This document shows positions 25,347 to 34,514 of a DNA stretch of 40,577 nt, in pieces. The notes under the pieces are model-generated. The model saw only the letters and a list, made by a program, of their open reading frames with translations, was not told where the DNA came from and did not search any database. How positions within the stretch are numbered: position 1 is the stretch's first letter; every line of letters starts with the position of its first letter. Source of the stretch: Dehalococcoidales bacterium (GTDB taxonomy: Bacteria > Chloroflexota > Dehalococcoidia > Dehalococcoidales > E44-bin46); assembly GCA_034430355.1 (NCBI GenBank), contig DAOUFA010000080.1:1-40577 (forward strand), read 5' to 3'. Made by a program: the position numbers and the translations under genes.

Positions 25347-26339
25347 TCAGACTAGCTGAACCGGCACCGAGGGGTTGAGTGGCAGCAAAAATGTAGGGCC
25401 TGGCTTACGCCACAAATAAGACCTGGTATATTTAACCGGGAAAGAATAAACAACCTGGACTTTAGGATGCTCCAAACAGAAAAGAAACATACCTACCGCC
25501 TGTGGTTTTGTCCCGAAGGGGCCAATTACCATATTGAATGAACCTTTTATTTCATCGTAAATAGTCTCAAGCACCTTCTTCACCGCGTACGGGTTATCCG
25601 CCGGTACGTTTCTTACTTCTACAGAAGGTTGCGAAAGTAAGTGGGAATTATTTTTCTCGGCATATTTCAGGTAGTTAAGATTACCGTAGCGTGGCGGGTT
25701 GGTTATCAGGGCGATGGTCTTGGTAGGGTTGAAGTGCTTCCACACTGCCAGAGAACGCTCCGGCTCAAAGCCCAAGAACAGAACAAGAACCGTCTGTTTA
25801 TCCATTGAAATATTGCCAAAGAAGTTAGGTATAGTAGTTATTTGGGCCACCCCTCTGGTAAGCTTAGTCGGTAAATATTTTTGTGCGGTGTGAAACATAC
25901 GAGGCAGCCCCAGCTTCAAATCGATGATGAGATAATTAAGAAGCTGCAACAAGTAGATCTTGGTAAACCCACTGATATCAATTGTGATAAAAGGACTTTC
26001 CGGGTCCCGAGGCTTACACCGGTCCCAGATATTTTTAAGCTGAGCAATCCCGTCAACTGGACTGTCGCGCAGGCACGAAATAACAAAGACACCTTTGGAA
26101 CTTCTTGCTCCCAGCATATTTTTTAAGCTGAACAGGTTATTATCAACTTGCTTCCGGTAAAGGGGCTCCTCGATAACAAAGATTATGGAAAAATTTGTCC
26201 GGTAGTTGAGGCCCATTCTTGATGCGCTGGCGAGGCACCTCTCTTCAAAGCTAGCACAGCAGATAAAAAGGTCATCGGGACCATATTCATTCAACCTTGT
26301 CAAATGTTCGACTGCAGTCGGCTGCTCCGCCATGCTCAT
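25347..26339 (-). CDS. Hypothetical protein built from two CARF/Csa3-like Rossmannoid half-domains (330 aa)
   Basis: There is an internal duplication. The first half reads LFICCASFEERC...ITIDISGFTKIYLL and the second reads VLVLFLGFEPERS...MVIGPFGTKPQAVGM. This echoes the CARF beta1 (T-LGF-D/E-E) and beta4 (D-x-T-G-x-K) signatures. The family assignment is tentative. Confidence 0.6.
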   Translation of the reverse strand: MSMAEQPTAVEHLTRLNEYGPDDLFICCASFEERCLASASRMGLNYRTNFSIIFVIEEPLYRKQVDNNLFSLKNMLGARSSKGVFVISCLRDSPVDGIAQLKNIWDRCKPRDPESPFITIDISGFTKIYLLQLLNYLIIDLKLGLPRMFHTAQKYLPTKLTRGVAQITTIPNFFGNISMDKQTVLVLFLGFEPERSLAVWKHFNPTKTIALITNPPRYGNLNYLKYAEKNNSHLLSQPSVEVRNVPADNPYAVKKVLETIYDEIKGSFNMVIGPFGTKPQAVGMFLFCLEHPKVQVVYSFPVKYTRSYLWRKPGPTFLLPLNPSVPVQLV

Positions 26340-26494
26340 CTTAGTGACCCTTCTTAGTGTATATCATTGGTTATTATAGCACAAGTTTTCAGGCTATTGC
26401 GGTCTTTTAACTTCCTTCGTCTAACCAGAGGCTCTCGGCTACCGTGCTGCCACCCCCTGACTATTTACTCAGTTAGATTAGCCAATTCGGGGGA

Positions 26495-26523
26495 TTGACC
26501 CACCAAATTGTAGGTAACATAAT
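26495..26523 (+). promoter_or_regulatory. Putative promoter P1 (TTGACC, 17 nt, CATAAT)
   Basis: It lies upstream of the MerR-like gene and is paralogous to P2 at 26974-27002. Confidence 0.5.
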
Positions 26524-26552
26524 TGGGTATACCTGAGAACTGCGGGAGGAAC

Positions 26553-26885
26553 ATGAAATTGCCAGTCAGAATTAACGGACAGACTTACTATAGAACGGCC
26601 GAAGCCTGTCGAATGGCCGGGATAAGCAAAAATACTTTTCTCCGCTGGGTCAGGGAGGGGATGCTTGCCGATGTAGAACTTCGGGACAGGAGGGGGTGGA
26701 GATTATTCACTAATGATGATTTACATAGATTAAAGGCCGAGGTTCACAAGGTCCACAAGAACCAGATAGCTCAAAAACCAGATAATACTTCAGTAAGCCT
26801 CAAAGAAGCTACTATATTCTGTATGTTGGAACCGAACTCAAACTTTAGCCAGCCAACCACACACCTTCCACTAGCCCTACCCTAG
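26553..26885 (+). CDS. MerR/excisionase-superfamily HTH protein (110 aa from ATG 26553)
   Basis: GGGAGGA lies 3 nt before the ATG. YYRTAEACRMAGISKNTFLRWVREGMLADVELRDRRGWRLFTNDDLHRLK is a MerR-type HTH. Confidence 0.65.
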   Translation: MKLPVRINGQTYYRTAEACRMAGISKNTFLRWVREGMLADVELRDRRGWRLFTNDDLHRLKAEVHKVHKNQIAQKPDNTSVSLKEATIFCMLEPNSNFSQPTTHLPLALP

Positions 26886-26973
26886 ATATCCAATAGCCTT
26901 TCTGCTCGCTAGTACCATCTACTTATTATCTACCTAGTACTATCTACTTCGTTAAATTAGCCCCTTTGGGTGA

Positions 26974-27002
26974 TTGATTTGCCAAATGGGGAAGAGCATA
27001 AT
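26974..27002 (+). promoter_or_regulatory. Putative promoter P2 (TTGATT, 17 nt, CATAAT)
   Basis: It lies upstream of the LuxR-type gene. About 68 nt align without gaps to the P1 region. Confidence 0.5.
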
Positions 27003-27138
27003 TTAAATACACAGATAGTATATTTGAGTATACCCAGATATGTGAATGGGAATGCAGTTTAGGCTTAATTTTATCTTACCGCGGAATAATTAAGAGGGTA
27101 CTAAGTAATATACGAAATGCTAGCGGGGGTGTAGAGAA

Positions 27139-27645
27139 ATGGTGATTGTGCGAAATGGCAACGGAAATGGGCAGGCTGGTTCCAACAAGATGGGGAAGCA
27201 CCCGTACATCATGGTGGTGGACCGCGAGGAGGAGATGGTGCTAATACTCAAGCACGCCCTGGAGCTAGAACTAGAAGAGGAAGAGCATTCAACAAATGAC
27301 AGCTCACTGGAAGAGTCGACTGTGGCTAAGAAGATAATACGGTTGTTTCATAAGCTTTCTCCGGTGCGTGAGGGGACGGCGATTAGTATTACACCGCTCA
27401 GCCCTCGGCAAACGGAAATATTAAATCAGATTGCCAAAGGGCAGGCAAACAAGCGGATTGCTCGTAGCCTCGGCATTAGCGAGCAGACTGTCAAGAATCA
27501 TGTTACCTCTATTATGGACAAGCTAGACGCTAATGACCGTACCCACGCCGTAGTACTGGCCATGCTTAACGGCTGGCTCAATATACAAGACGCCTCAGAG
27601 GTTCGTTCAGAACCAGAGCTAGTGCCTTCATTGGCGGAGAGCTGA
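27139..27645 (+). CDS. LuxR/GerE-family HTH transcriptional regulator with degenerate N-terminal region
   Basis: LSPRQTEILNQIAKGQANKRIARSLGISEQTVKNHVTSIMDKLDANDRTHAV is a GerE HTH. The N-terminus (PYIMVVDREEEMVLILKHALE) looks like a truncated receiver-domain remnant. Confidence 0.75.
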   Translation: MVIVRNGNGNGQAGSNKMGKHPYIMVVDREEEMVLILKHALELELEEEEHSTNDSSLEESTVAKKIIRLFHKLSPVREGTAISITPLSPRQTEILNQIAKGQANKRIARSLGISEQTVKNHVTSIMDKLDANDRTHAVVLAMLNGWLNIQDASEVRSEPELVPSLAES

Positions 27646-27882
27646 GGTAACCGGCCAGGATAAGCCAAATAGCTCCGCTCCACGACAGTGCTATTATAGT
27701 CCCTCATCCAAAGCCTCTAGGTGTCCACTAATCTTAGACCTAAACTAGCCATTTCATGCTGACGATTTACAATCCAGTGTCTTTGCGCTACAATGAGGTT
27801 CAATTCACAGTGGGAGTAACTTTTTGCCCGGAAATTCGTTATATATTTATAGACAGATAAACACAATAAGTGAAGGAAGCTC

Positions 27883-30279
27883 ATGAAGACAAAATTAATT
27901 ATTTCTTTGGTGCTAATCAGTGTTATTATCACCACCGGGTGTGTAGCCCAAAAGCCTTCTCCGCCACCCACCCTAGGCATACCATCAATAGCCGCCGGTG
28001 ACATAGCCAACCCCAAGCTGGCACTAGCCTCATCCTATGAGCTGGAGGGTTTCTCCGTCACCTTAGCTTCACCTGCCTATTCCCTGCCGCTAGCCTTAAC
28101 CGAAATCACCAACTTATCCGAGATAGACTCCCAGTTCCAGTTACGGGCAAACCAGAAAGAACTGCTTCAGCAAAACGGATTTGTGGTCATTCCCTGGTAC
28201 GGTGACGATATAGTAGAACCCTATAAGGCTATGAAGGAGCGGGATGTCCCCATCTTCGTAACCTCTGACACGCTTCTCCATCTGTACCATATCCAGTTCA
28301 ATGAGGTCCTGAAGCGGATTGAAGAAGAGGAATTCTTCGACCAGCTCATTGATATGAGCCAGGCTATGCTGGAAAGGTCTATCCAGGACTATAACGCCTT
28401 TACTGATTCAGACCTCAAGGAAGCAGCCAGGAGAAACGTGGCTTACTTTGCTGTTGGACTAAAGCTCCTCCAGACGCCGACTGAGGACTATGACGAGGCA
28501 AAGCTGAAGGCGGAGATTGAACAATGGAACCGGGAACACCCCTATGATAAAAAGGAATTCAAGCCGATAAGGAAGGTAAGTTTCAGCATACCCAACTATG
28601 TGGCCAGTGGGGTGGAAGAGGAAATCAAGAACATTGAGGAGCATGAGGGCTTTAAGCCAAGCGCTATCTTCAATTCAGATACAGATTGCATATGCGTCGC
28701 TCCCTGCTGCTACTGTGAAGACTACTCCCAGTATGTCCCCCGAGGGCACTACACCCGCAGCGAGACCTTAAAGAGGTTCTTCAAGTCGATGATGTGGTAT
28801 GGCAGGATGGCTTTCCTGTTGAAGGGTGGAGAAGCCAACGAGTGCGCTTCTTTTGAAGGTCCTCTGATTACGGAACAGGATGCCAGACTGGCTACCATCC
28901 AGGCGTCTTTGATTTCGGCTGAATTATCCAATGTTGAGGTGGGTGACGGCACCGCCCAGGAAATATGGGACCGTATCTACTCGGTCACCTCATTCTTCGT
29001 TGGTACCGCTGACGACCTGACCCCCTATGAGTATCTCGGTGCCATAGAGAAGGTCTTTGGCACCGAGTTTGACGCCAGTCTACTGACCAATGAAGACAAT
29101 CTACTTGCCCTCAAGGCTGAGCTGGCTCAGATGAGAAGCCCGGAAATCTACGGTGGCTCAGGTATATGCGTGGTGTATCCTCCAATAACCAAGGAAAAGC
29201 TCTATGAGTGCCTGGCTAAGACCAAAGGGATGCGGTTCATGGGGCAGAGGTTTGTCCCCGATTCCTACATGTTCCAGAACCTGGTCTTCCCAACGGTCGG
29301 CATGTATATTGGTGATGATGAGCCTTTTACCATGAAGATGACCCAGCTTGGTCCAACTAGATGCTTTCCGCGGGGTCTGGATATAATGGCAGTTCTGGGC
29401 TCGGAGCGAGCTTACCAAATACTAAAAGAAGAGGGCGATACTGAGTATGAGGGTAAAGATACCAGCTACGATAAACAACTAAGCGAGTTGAAGAGTCAGT
29501 TTGGTGAATTTGATGTCGCCGACTGGAACCGTAATCTCTACTGGGCGTGGCTGTATGCGTTAAAACCCTTGCTTAATGAGTTTGGTGAGGGCTACCCCAC
29601 CTTCATGCAGACCGAGGCATGGCAGAACAAGGAACTGCAAACGACTCTGGCATCCTGGGCTGAACTGCGGCACGATACCATCCTCTATGCCAAGCAGAGC
29701 TATACTCCAGTGGCTATGTCGGCACCGCCACCACCCAAGCCAGTAGTCGGCTATGTGGAGCCTGTCCCCGAGTTTTATGCCCGAATGCGGGCACTAACCA
29801 GCATGACCAAGGAGGGTCTGGCTCAGCTTAACGCTCTGAGTGATGAGGAGAGGTCACGGCTGGAAAGCCTGGAGCACATCCTGACCAGGCTGATTGACAT
29901 CTCCAAGAATGAGCTGGAGAACCAGGAATTAGATGAAACCGATTATGAGTTCATCAGGAACTTTGGCCAAGAGCTTGAGTCCATAGTCGCCGGCGTTGAG
30001 GCGGAGGGGAAAGAAACGACTATAGTTGCCGATGTCCATACCGATATCAACCCACCGATGCAGGTCTTGGAGGAAGGGGTTGGTTATGTCGACCTAATCC
30101 TGACGGCATACAAATTACCCGATGGTAGAATCCTGGTTGGGGCTGGGCCTGTTTTCAGCTATTACGAATTCAAGCAGCCTATAGATGAGAGGCTCACCGA
30201 TGAGGAGTGGCGGGAGATGCTGGAGCAAGGTGAGGCACCTGAAAGACCTGCCTGGATAAGTAGTTTCTACGCCGAATAA
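27883..30279 (+). CDS. Secreted lipoprotein, DUF3160-like (798 aa)
   Basis: The lipobox is IITTGC. PIFVTSDTLLHLYH and the overall size recall the DUF3160 family. Assignment is from memory only. Confidence 0.6.
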   Translation: MKTKLIISLVLISVIITTGCVAQKPSPPPTLGIPSIAAGDIANPKLALASSYELEGFSVTLASPAYSLPLALTEITNLSEIDSQFQLRANQKELLQQNGFVVIPWYGDDIVEPYKAMKERDVPIFVTSDTLLHLYHIQFNEVLKRIEEEEFFDQLIDMSQAMLERSIQDYNAFTDSDLKEAARRNVAYFAVGLKLLQTPTEDYDEAKLKAEIEQWNREHPYDKKEFKPIRKVSFSIPNYVASGVEEEIKNIEEHEGFKPSAIFNSDTDCICVAPCCYCEDYSQYVPRGHYTRSETLKRFFKSMMWYGRMAFLLKGGEANECASFEGPLITEQDARLATIQASLISAELSNVEVGDGTAQEIWDRIYSVTSFFVGTADDLTPYEYLGAIEKVFGTEFDASLLTNEDNLLALKAELAQMRSPEIYGGSGICVVYPPITKEKLYECLAKTKGMRFMGQRFVPDSYMFQNLVFPTVGMYIGDDEPFTMKMTQLGPTRCFPRGLDIMAVLGSERAYQILKEEGDTEYEGKDTSYDKQLSELKSQFGEFDVADWNRNLYWAWLYALKPLLNEFGEGYPTFMQTEAWQNKELQTTLASWAELRHDTILYAKQSYTPVAMSAPPPPKPVVGYVEPVPEFYARMRALTSMTKEGLAQLNALSDEERSRLESLEHILTRLIDISKNELENQELDETDYEFIRNFGQELESIVAGVEAEGKETTIVADVHTDINPPMQVLEEGVGYVDLILTAYKLPDGRILVGAGPVFSYYEFKQPIDERLTDEEWREMLEQGEAPERPAWISSFYAE

Positions 30280-30314
30280 TAGCCTGCCCCAGACGGCAAA
30301 AGTAAAGTGGTCTC

Positions 30315-31121
30315 TTAATGCTCAATCTGTTTAATCTGGTAGCGCAACTTGCCTGCCGGGGCTGTTACCTCTACTACCTCCCCCTGACCTCGACCAATAA
30401 TGGCTTTACCTATAGGTGAGGCACTAGAGAGCTTGCCCCGGGTCGGGTCTACCTCCCGGGGATTGACCAGCATATAGTGCAACTCCTCACCAGAAGCTAG
30501 GTCGCACAGGATAATACTATCACCAACACCCACCTTGGAGGTGCCCCCCGGTTTGCCATCAATAATAGTGGCTAATTTCAGGGTCTCTTCCAGCTCTTTA
30601 ATCCGCCCCTCCAGTTGCCCGCGTTGCTCCCTGGCCGCTTCCAGAGGTGCATTCTCACGGAAGTCCTTATCCGCGGCGGCTCTACGCATTTCCTCAATAG
30701 CCTGGGGGCGCTTATCCTTAAGGGCAGCCAGTTCAGCCTCCAGTTCGGCATATCCCTGCTGAGTTAAAGAGATAGCTTCGGGCAGACCCCGTCCGGGCGA
30801 AGACCGGGATGAGGATTTTACCTTCTTAATCCTAAGGTGAATGGCAAGATTAGTCTTACTCCACCCTTCCTTTTTAGCATAAATGAGGAAGGCTCGTATT
30901 AGTTCAAGCTTTTTGGTGTAGTCGGCATCCGATAGTGATAACCGTTCCGCATAGTTAGCTATGTCGGGGGCGGTAAGCTCAGCCAAAGGTTGTTCCCACC
31001 CGTACCAGCGAGCAAATCTATATACCTCCTGCTGGCTTATTTCCCTGGCTTCGGGTGGTAAACTAACCAAAAAACGACTAGCTGCCTCGCCCAAACTTAG
31101 ACTCTGGCTCCCACCATTCAC
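30315..31121 (-). CDS. greA: GreA-family transcript-cleavage factor fused to an N-terminal integrase-SAM-like (core-binding) domain
   Basis: The C-terminal 160 aa are GreA-like, with a coiled coil carrying DFRENAPLEAAREQ and a C-terminal domain KVGVGDSIIL...SPIGKAIIGRGQGEVVEV. The N-terminal region of about 105 aa resembles a phage-integrase core-binding domain. Confidence 0.75.
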   Translation of the reverse strand: MNGGSQSLSLGEAASRFLVSLPPEAREISQQEVYRFARWYGWEQPLAELTAPDIANYAERLSLSDADYTKKLELIRAFLIYAKKEGWSKTNLAIHLRIKKVKSSSRSSPGRGLPEAISLTQQGYAELEAELAALKDKRPQAIEEMRRAAADKDFRENAPLEAAREQRGQLEGRIKELEETLKLATIIDGKPGGTSKVGVGDSIILCDLASGEELHYMLVNPREVDPTRGKLSSASPIGKAIIGRGQGEVVEVTAPAGKLRYQIKQIEH

Positions 31122-31224
31122 TTCCAGGATGCCCCCCTATATGAATAATTACTCACTTAGTCTCATTTATTATGACCATTAACTATTGGAAATTATATCA
31201 AATATCCTATCAATAAAAAATTAT

Positions 31225-32334
31225 CTATATCCCTAACTCAGCGCGGGTGCGAAGAAAAGTTATCAGGTCGTCACGAGCAATTACCCCGATAACCCTTCCC
31301 TCACTTGCTACCAGTATCTGGTTGGTATCACTCTCATCCATCTGCTCCAGCACGTTTAGCGCATCCTGACCAGGCTCGGCTACCTTTAGCTTGTCAATGG
31401 GGACCATTATCTCCTTTACCTGGGTCACACCCCAATTTTGCTGGGAAACAGGCTTGATATTTTGCAGAGGCAAAATACCTTCCAGTTTACCTCTGTCAGC
31501 TACCATAAAAAGACGACACCCGCTGGGGATGATATACTCCTGAACCACTTGATTGAGGGTAACATCGGAAGGGACTACCGGGCAGTTAACCGTCATTACC
31601 TGAGCCGCAGTAAACCTCTTAAGGGTTTGGCGCCATTGAGCCTGACGATAGCTGGTTGAGGCAGCGTTTTTCAGAAACCAGCCAATAAAGGCTATCCACA
31701 GACCACTGAACCAGGACAGATCAAATGGATGGAGGAAGACTATTGCAATACCACCGGCAATAAATGTGTAGCCTACACCCTCCCCTACTCGGGTGGCAAT
31801 TCGGGTAGAGCGTTTATAATCACCAGTAAAGCGCCAAAGTGTGGCACGTAAAACACGCCCTCCGTCCAGAGGGAAACCTGGAATCATATTGAAGGTAGCT
31901 AGTGCCAAATTCATAAACATCAGCCACCAAACCATATTAGCTATGGGAGCAGCCATGCCCGAATTAAAGGACCAAATCAAAAAACACACCCCGCCAATTA
32001 CGGCGCTACAGGCAGGACCGGCAGCCGCCATTTTTAACTCAGCATTAGGGCTGGCCGCCTCCTTAGTCATCTGAGCAATGCCGCCAAAGATAAAAAGGGT
32101 TATGCTCTTTATCGGGATACCGTTGGCTCTGCCGACAAGACTATGGGCTAATTCGTGGGCAATTACTGAAGCAAAAAATAGCAGACAGGTAGTTATGCCA
32201 ATACCCCACCAAAACCCAGAAGACCAGTGAGGAGCGACTAAAGCGAAAGCCAGCAGAGCAAATATTATGAACCAGCTGTAATGGAGTCTGAGTTGTATGC
32301 CAAAGACCTTACCTAAATTAAAAGCGCCACCCAT
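31225..32334 (-). CDS. Site-2 (M50) family metalloprotease with C-terminal CBS pair
   Basis: The HExxH motif is HELAHSLV. The protein has multiple TM helices, an NxxPxxxLDG-like motif (MIPGFPLDGG) and CBS-type repeats at the C-terminus. Confidence 0.85.
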   Translation of the reverse strand: MGGAFNLGKVFGIQLRLHYSWFIIFALLAFALVAPHWSSGFWWGIGITTCLLFFASVIAHELAHSLVGRANGIPIKSITLFIFGGIAQMTKEAASPNAELKMAAAGPACSAVIGGVCFLIWSFNSGMAAPIANMVWWLMFMNLALATFNMIPGFPLDGGRVLRATLWRFTGDYKRSTRIATRVGEGVGYTFIAGGIAIVFLHPFDLSWFSGLWIAFIGWFLKNAASTSYRQAQWRQTLKRFTAAQVMTVNCPVVPSDVTLNQVVQEYIIPSGCRLFMVADRGKLEGILPLQNIKPVSQQNWGVTQVKEIMVPIDKLKVAEPGQDALNVLEQMDESDTNQILVASEGRVIGVIARDDLITFLRTRAELGI

Positions 32335-32461
32335 TTTCTAACTCCTATATTAGCACAATCCCCCTATTATTAATAACGTTCATTGATGGGATATGGTTAG
32401 CCACATTACCGTGGGGGGAGTTACAACCTATCGTATATTTCGGTTCTAATCTCGGCTCAGC

Positions 32462-33694
32462 CTATCCAGCCGTAGCCAGTATTTTCCGCAACTTAAACAG
32501 AGCAGTAGCCACCGCCCGGCGCTTGACCCAAGCTCTATCTCCGGGGTAACGAGCAGTAGTTGCTCTTTTATTCTTGCCGTCATCTATTCCAATATATATG
32601 GTACTGACAGGTCTCCCTTCCCCTCCACCTGGTTCATCTACTCCGGCTATGCCAACCCCGATATCAGCCCCTAAGCGTAACCTGGCAGCTCCAGCCATAG
32701 CCTGGGCTGCTTCCCTACTGCTAGCTCCACAATCAGAAATAACCCCGGCGTCAACCCCATAAGCTATCTGGGCTTCCTCTGAACCGGCAATCAGTCCCCC
32801 CTTAAAATACGTTGAGGCGCCAGGAGCATCGGTGATGGTAGCCGCCAATAAGCCTCCGGTATAGCCCTCCATAACTGCCAGACTCAATCCCTTTTCCGCC
32901 AGCATATGCCCGACTACGGCTTCCAGCGTGTCACTATCAGTTCCCCAGATATATTCACCCAAGATTGACCTAAGTCTAGCTTCACCGGGGGCAATCATCT
33001 CCTCAGCCTGCTTCTGGCTCCGAGCCTTAGCTGCCAGGCGTAGATAAATACCGTCAACCTTAGCGTAAATACCCAGGGTAGGATTGGATGCGGCGAGCAA
33101 AGGTGAGACCATTTCACCCACCTTGGCCTCAGTCAAACCAAAAGTCTTAAGGGTCTTAGAAACAATGATTTCCCCGGTGGTGCTTTGACGTAATCGGGGT
33201 AGAATGTGGTGGTGCCACATGGGCTGCATCTCTCTAGGTGGACCGGGCATAGCGATTAATATGTGTTTATCTTTTTCCACCCACCACCCAGGGGCAGTGC
33301 CGCTTACATTACGAATGGCATCAGCCGAAGGGATAAGAGTTGCCTGCTTGAGGTTAGTCGGGGGCATGTCTATACCCAGGCGGGCAAAAAACTCCTGTAG
33401 CTCACGCTCTAATGCTGGGACGAGTTTCAATTTCTCTCCCAACATCTCAGCTATAGCCTCACGGGTCAGGTCATCCTCAGTAGGTCCCAGCCCGCCGGTA
33501 ATCAGGATTAGGTCGGAACGCTGCCAGGCACGCCTTAGAACCTCGACCAACCTTACCTGATTGTCACCTACCTGCGAAATCCAATAAAGGTCTATCCCTA
33601 GCCCTGGTAACTGGCTAGCCAAGAAACGGGCATTGGTATCAGTTATCTCTCCCAGAAGAAGTTCCGTGCCCACAGAAATAATTTCGGCTCTCAT
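32462..33694 (-). CDS. cinA: CinA-family protein (MoCF-binding domain + nicotinamide-nucleotide amidase PncC domain)
   Basis: The N-terminus is MRAEIISVGTELLLGEITDTNARFLA. The C-terminal domain is CinA/PncC-like. Its ATG directly abuts the thi4 stop codon. Confidence 0.9.
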   Translation of the reverse strand: MRAEIISVGTELLLGEITDTNARFLASQLPGLGIDLYWISQVGDNQVRLVEVLRRAWQRSDLILITGGLGPTEDDLTREAIAEMLGEKLKLVPALERELQEFFARLGIDMPPTNLKQATLIPSADAIRNVSGTAPGWWVEKDKHILIAMPGPPREMQPMWHHHILPRLRQSTTGEIIVSKTLKTFGLTEAKVGEMVSPLLAASNPTLGIYAKVDGIYLRLAAKARSQKQAEEMIAPGEARLRSILGEYIWGTDSDTLEAVVGHMLAEKGLSLAVMEGYTGGLLAATITDAPGASTYFKGGLIAGSEEAQIAYGVDAGVISDCGASSREAAQAMAGAARLRLGADIGVGIAGVDEPGGGEGRPVSTIYIGIDDGKNKRATTARYPGDRAWVKRRAVATALFKLRKILATAG

Positions 33695-34489
33695 TTAAGA
33701 TATTGCCAGTTGCTCCAGTATTTCTATGGTAATCTCAGCGGCTCGCTTCCCCGATAGAAGCATGCCACCAAAGGTAGGACCCATGCGGGGTAGCCCGTAA
33801 ACAGCGGCTACTGCCATACCAGCGACGATTAATCCAGGATAGACCTCACCGGTATGCTCCACCACCGCATCCTCTGATTTATTAATCCACAATGCTCCTT
33901 CTCCAATCAGCTTGAGCGCACCCCGCTGCTCCAGCTTTCTCGCCACACAGGCATCGTGACCGGTAGCATCAATAACCATCTTTGTTTCCAAAGGTATAGG
34001 GTCAAGAGCGGAAATCTCCTTAGGCAGATAGGCAATGGGGCTCCAATTAATCACTACCCCGGCTACCCGGTTATCCTCGCCTACCACCAGGTCTTCCATA
34101 AGGGTTAGCTGGAGAAATTTAACCCCGGCATCGCAGGCAGCGCCAATAAGCTTAGAACAGGCATAAGGGGCGTCAGCGACATAAAGACCGTCGCTAACCA
34201 TGGAATAGGGCACGTTTAGCTCATCAAGAATCCCCTGGGCCGGCGCTCTCAGGGTAACCTTATTCATAAAATAACCACCAATCCAGAAGCCACCACCCAA
34301 GTAGTTATTCCTCTCTATAATCAGAACCTTAACCCCGGCTTTGCCCAGCTCTCTGCCGGCAATGAGACCACTGGGGCCAGCCCCAACAATAATAACATCG
34401 CTTTGGATATAATCCTCAAACTGTCGCCAAAAGCTACTTGTAATAGCCTTAGCTACCTCTCCTTCTCTTACCGGGTGAAATAGTGCCAT
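33695..34489 (-). CDS. thi4: Thi4-family thiazole synthase (sulfide-dependent ADP-thiazole synthase type)
   Basis: The dinucleotide-binding motif is VIIVGAGPSGLIAGRELGKAGVKVLIIERNNYLGGG. The length (264 aa) and downstream motifs are typical of Thi4. Confidence 0.9.
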   Translation of the reverse strand: MALFHPVREGEVAKAITSSFWRQFEDYIQSDVIIVGAGPSGLIAGRELGKAGVKVLIIERNNYLGGGFWIGGYFMNKVTLRAPAQGILDELNVPYSMVSDGLYVADAPYACSKLIGAACDAGVKFLQLTLMEDLVVGEDNRVAGVVINWSPIAYLPKEISALDPIPLETKMVIDATGHDACVARKLEQRGALKLIGEGALWINKSEDAVVEHTGEVYPGLIVAGMAVAAVYGLPRMGPTFGGMLLSGKRAAEITIEILEQLAIS

Positions 34490-34514
34490 TTCAGTTTCTC
34501 CTCTCTGTTATCAT

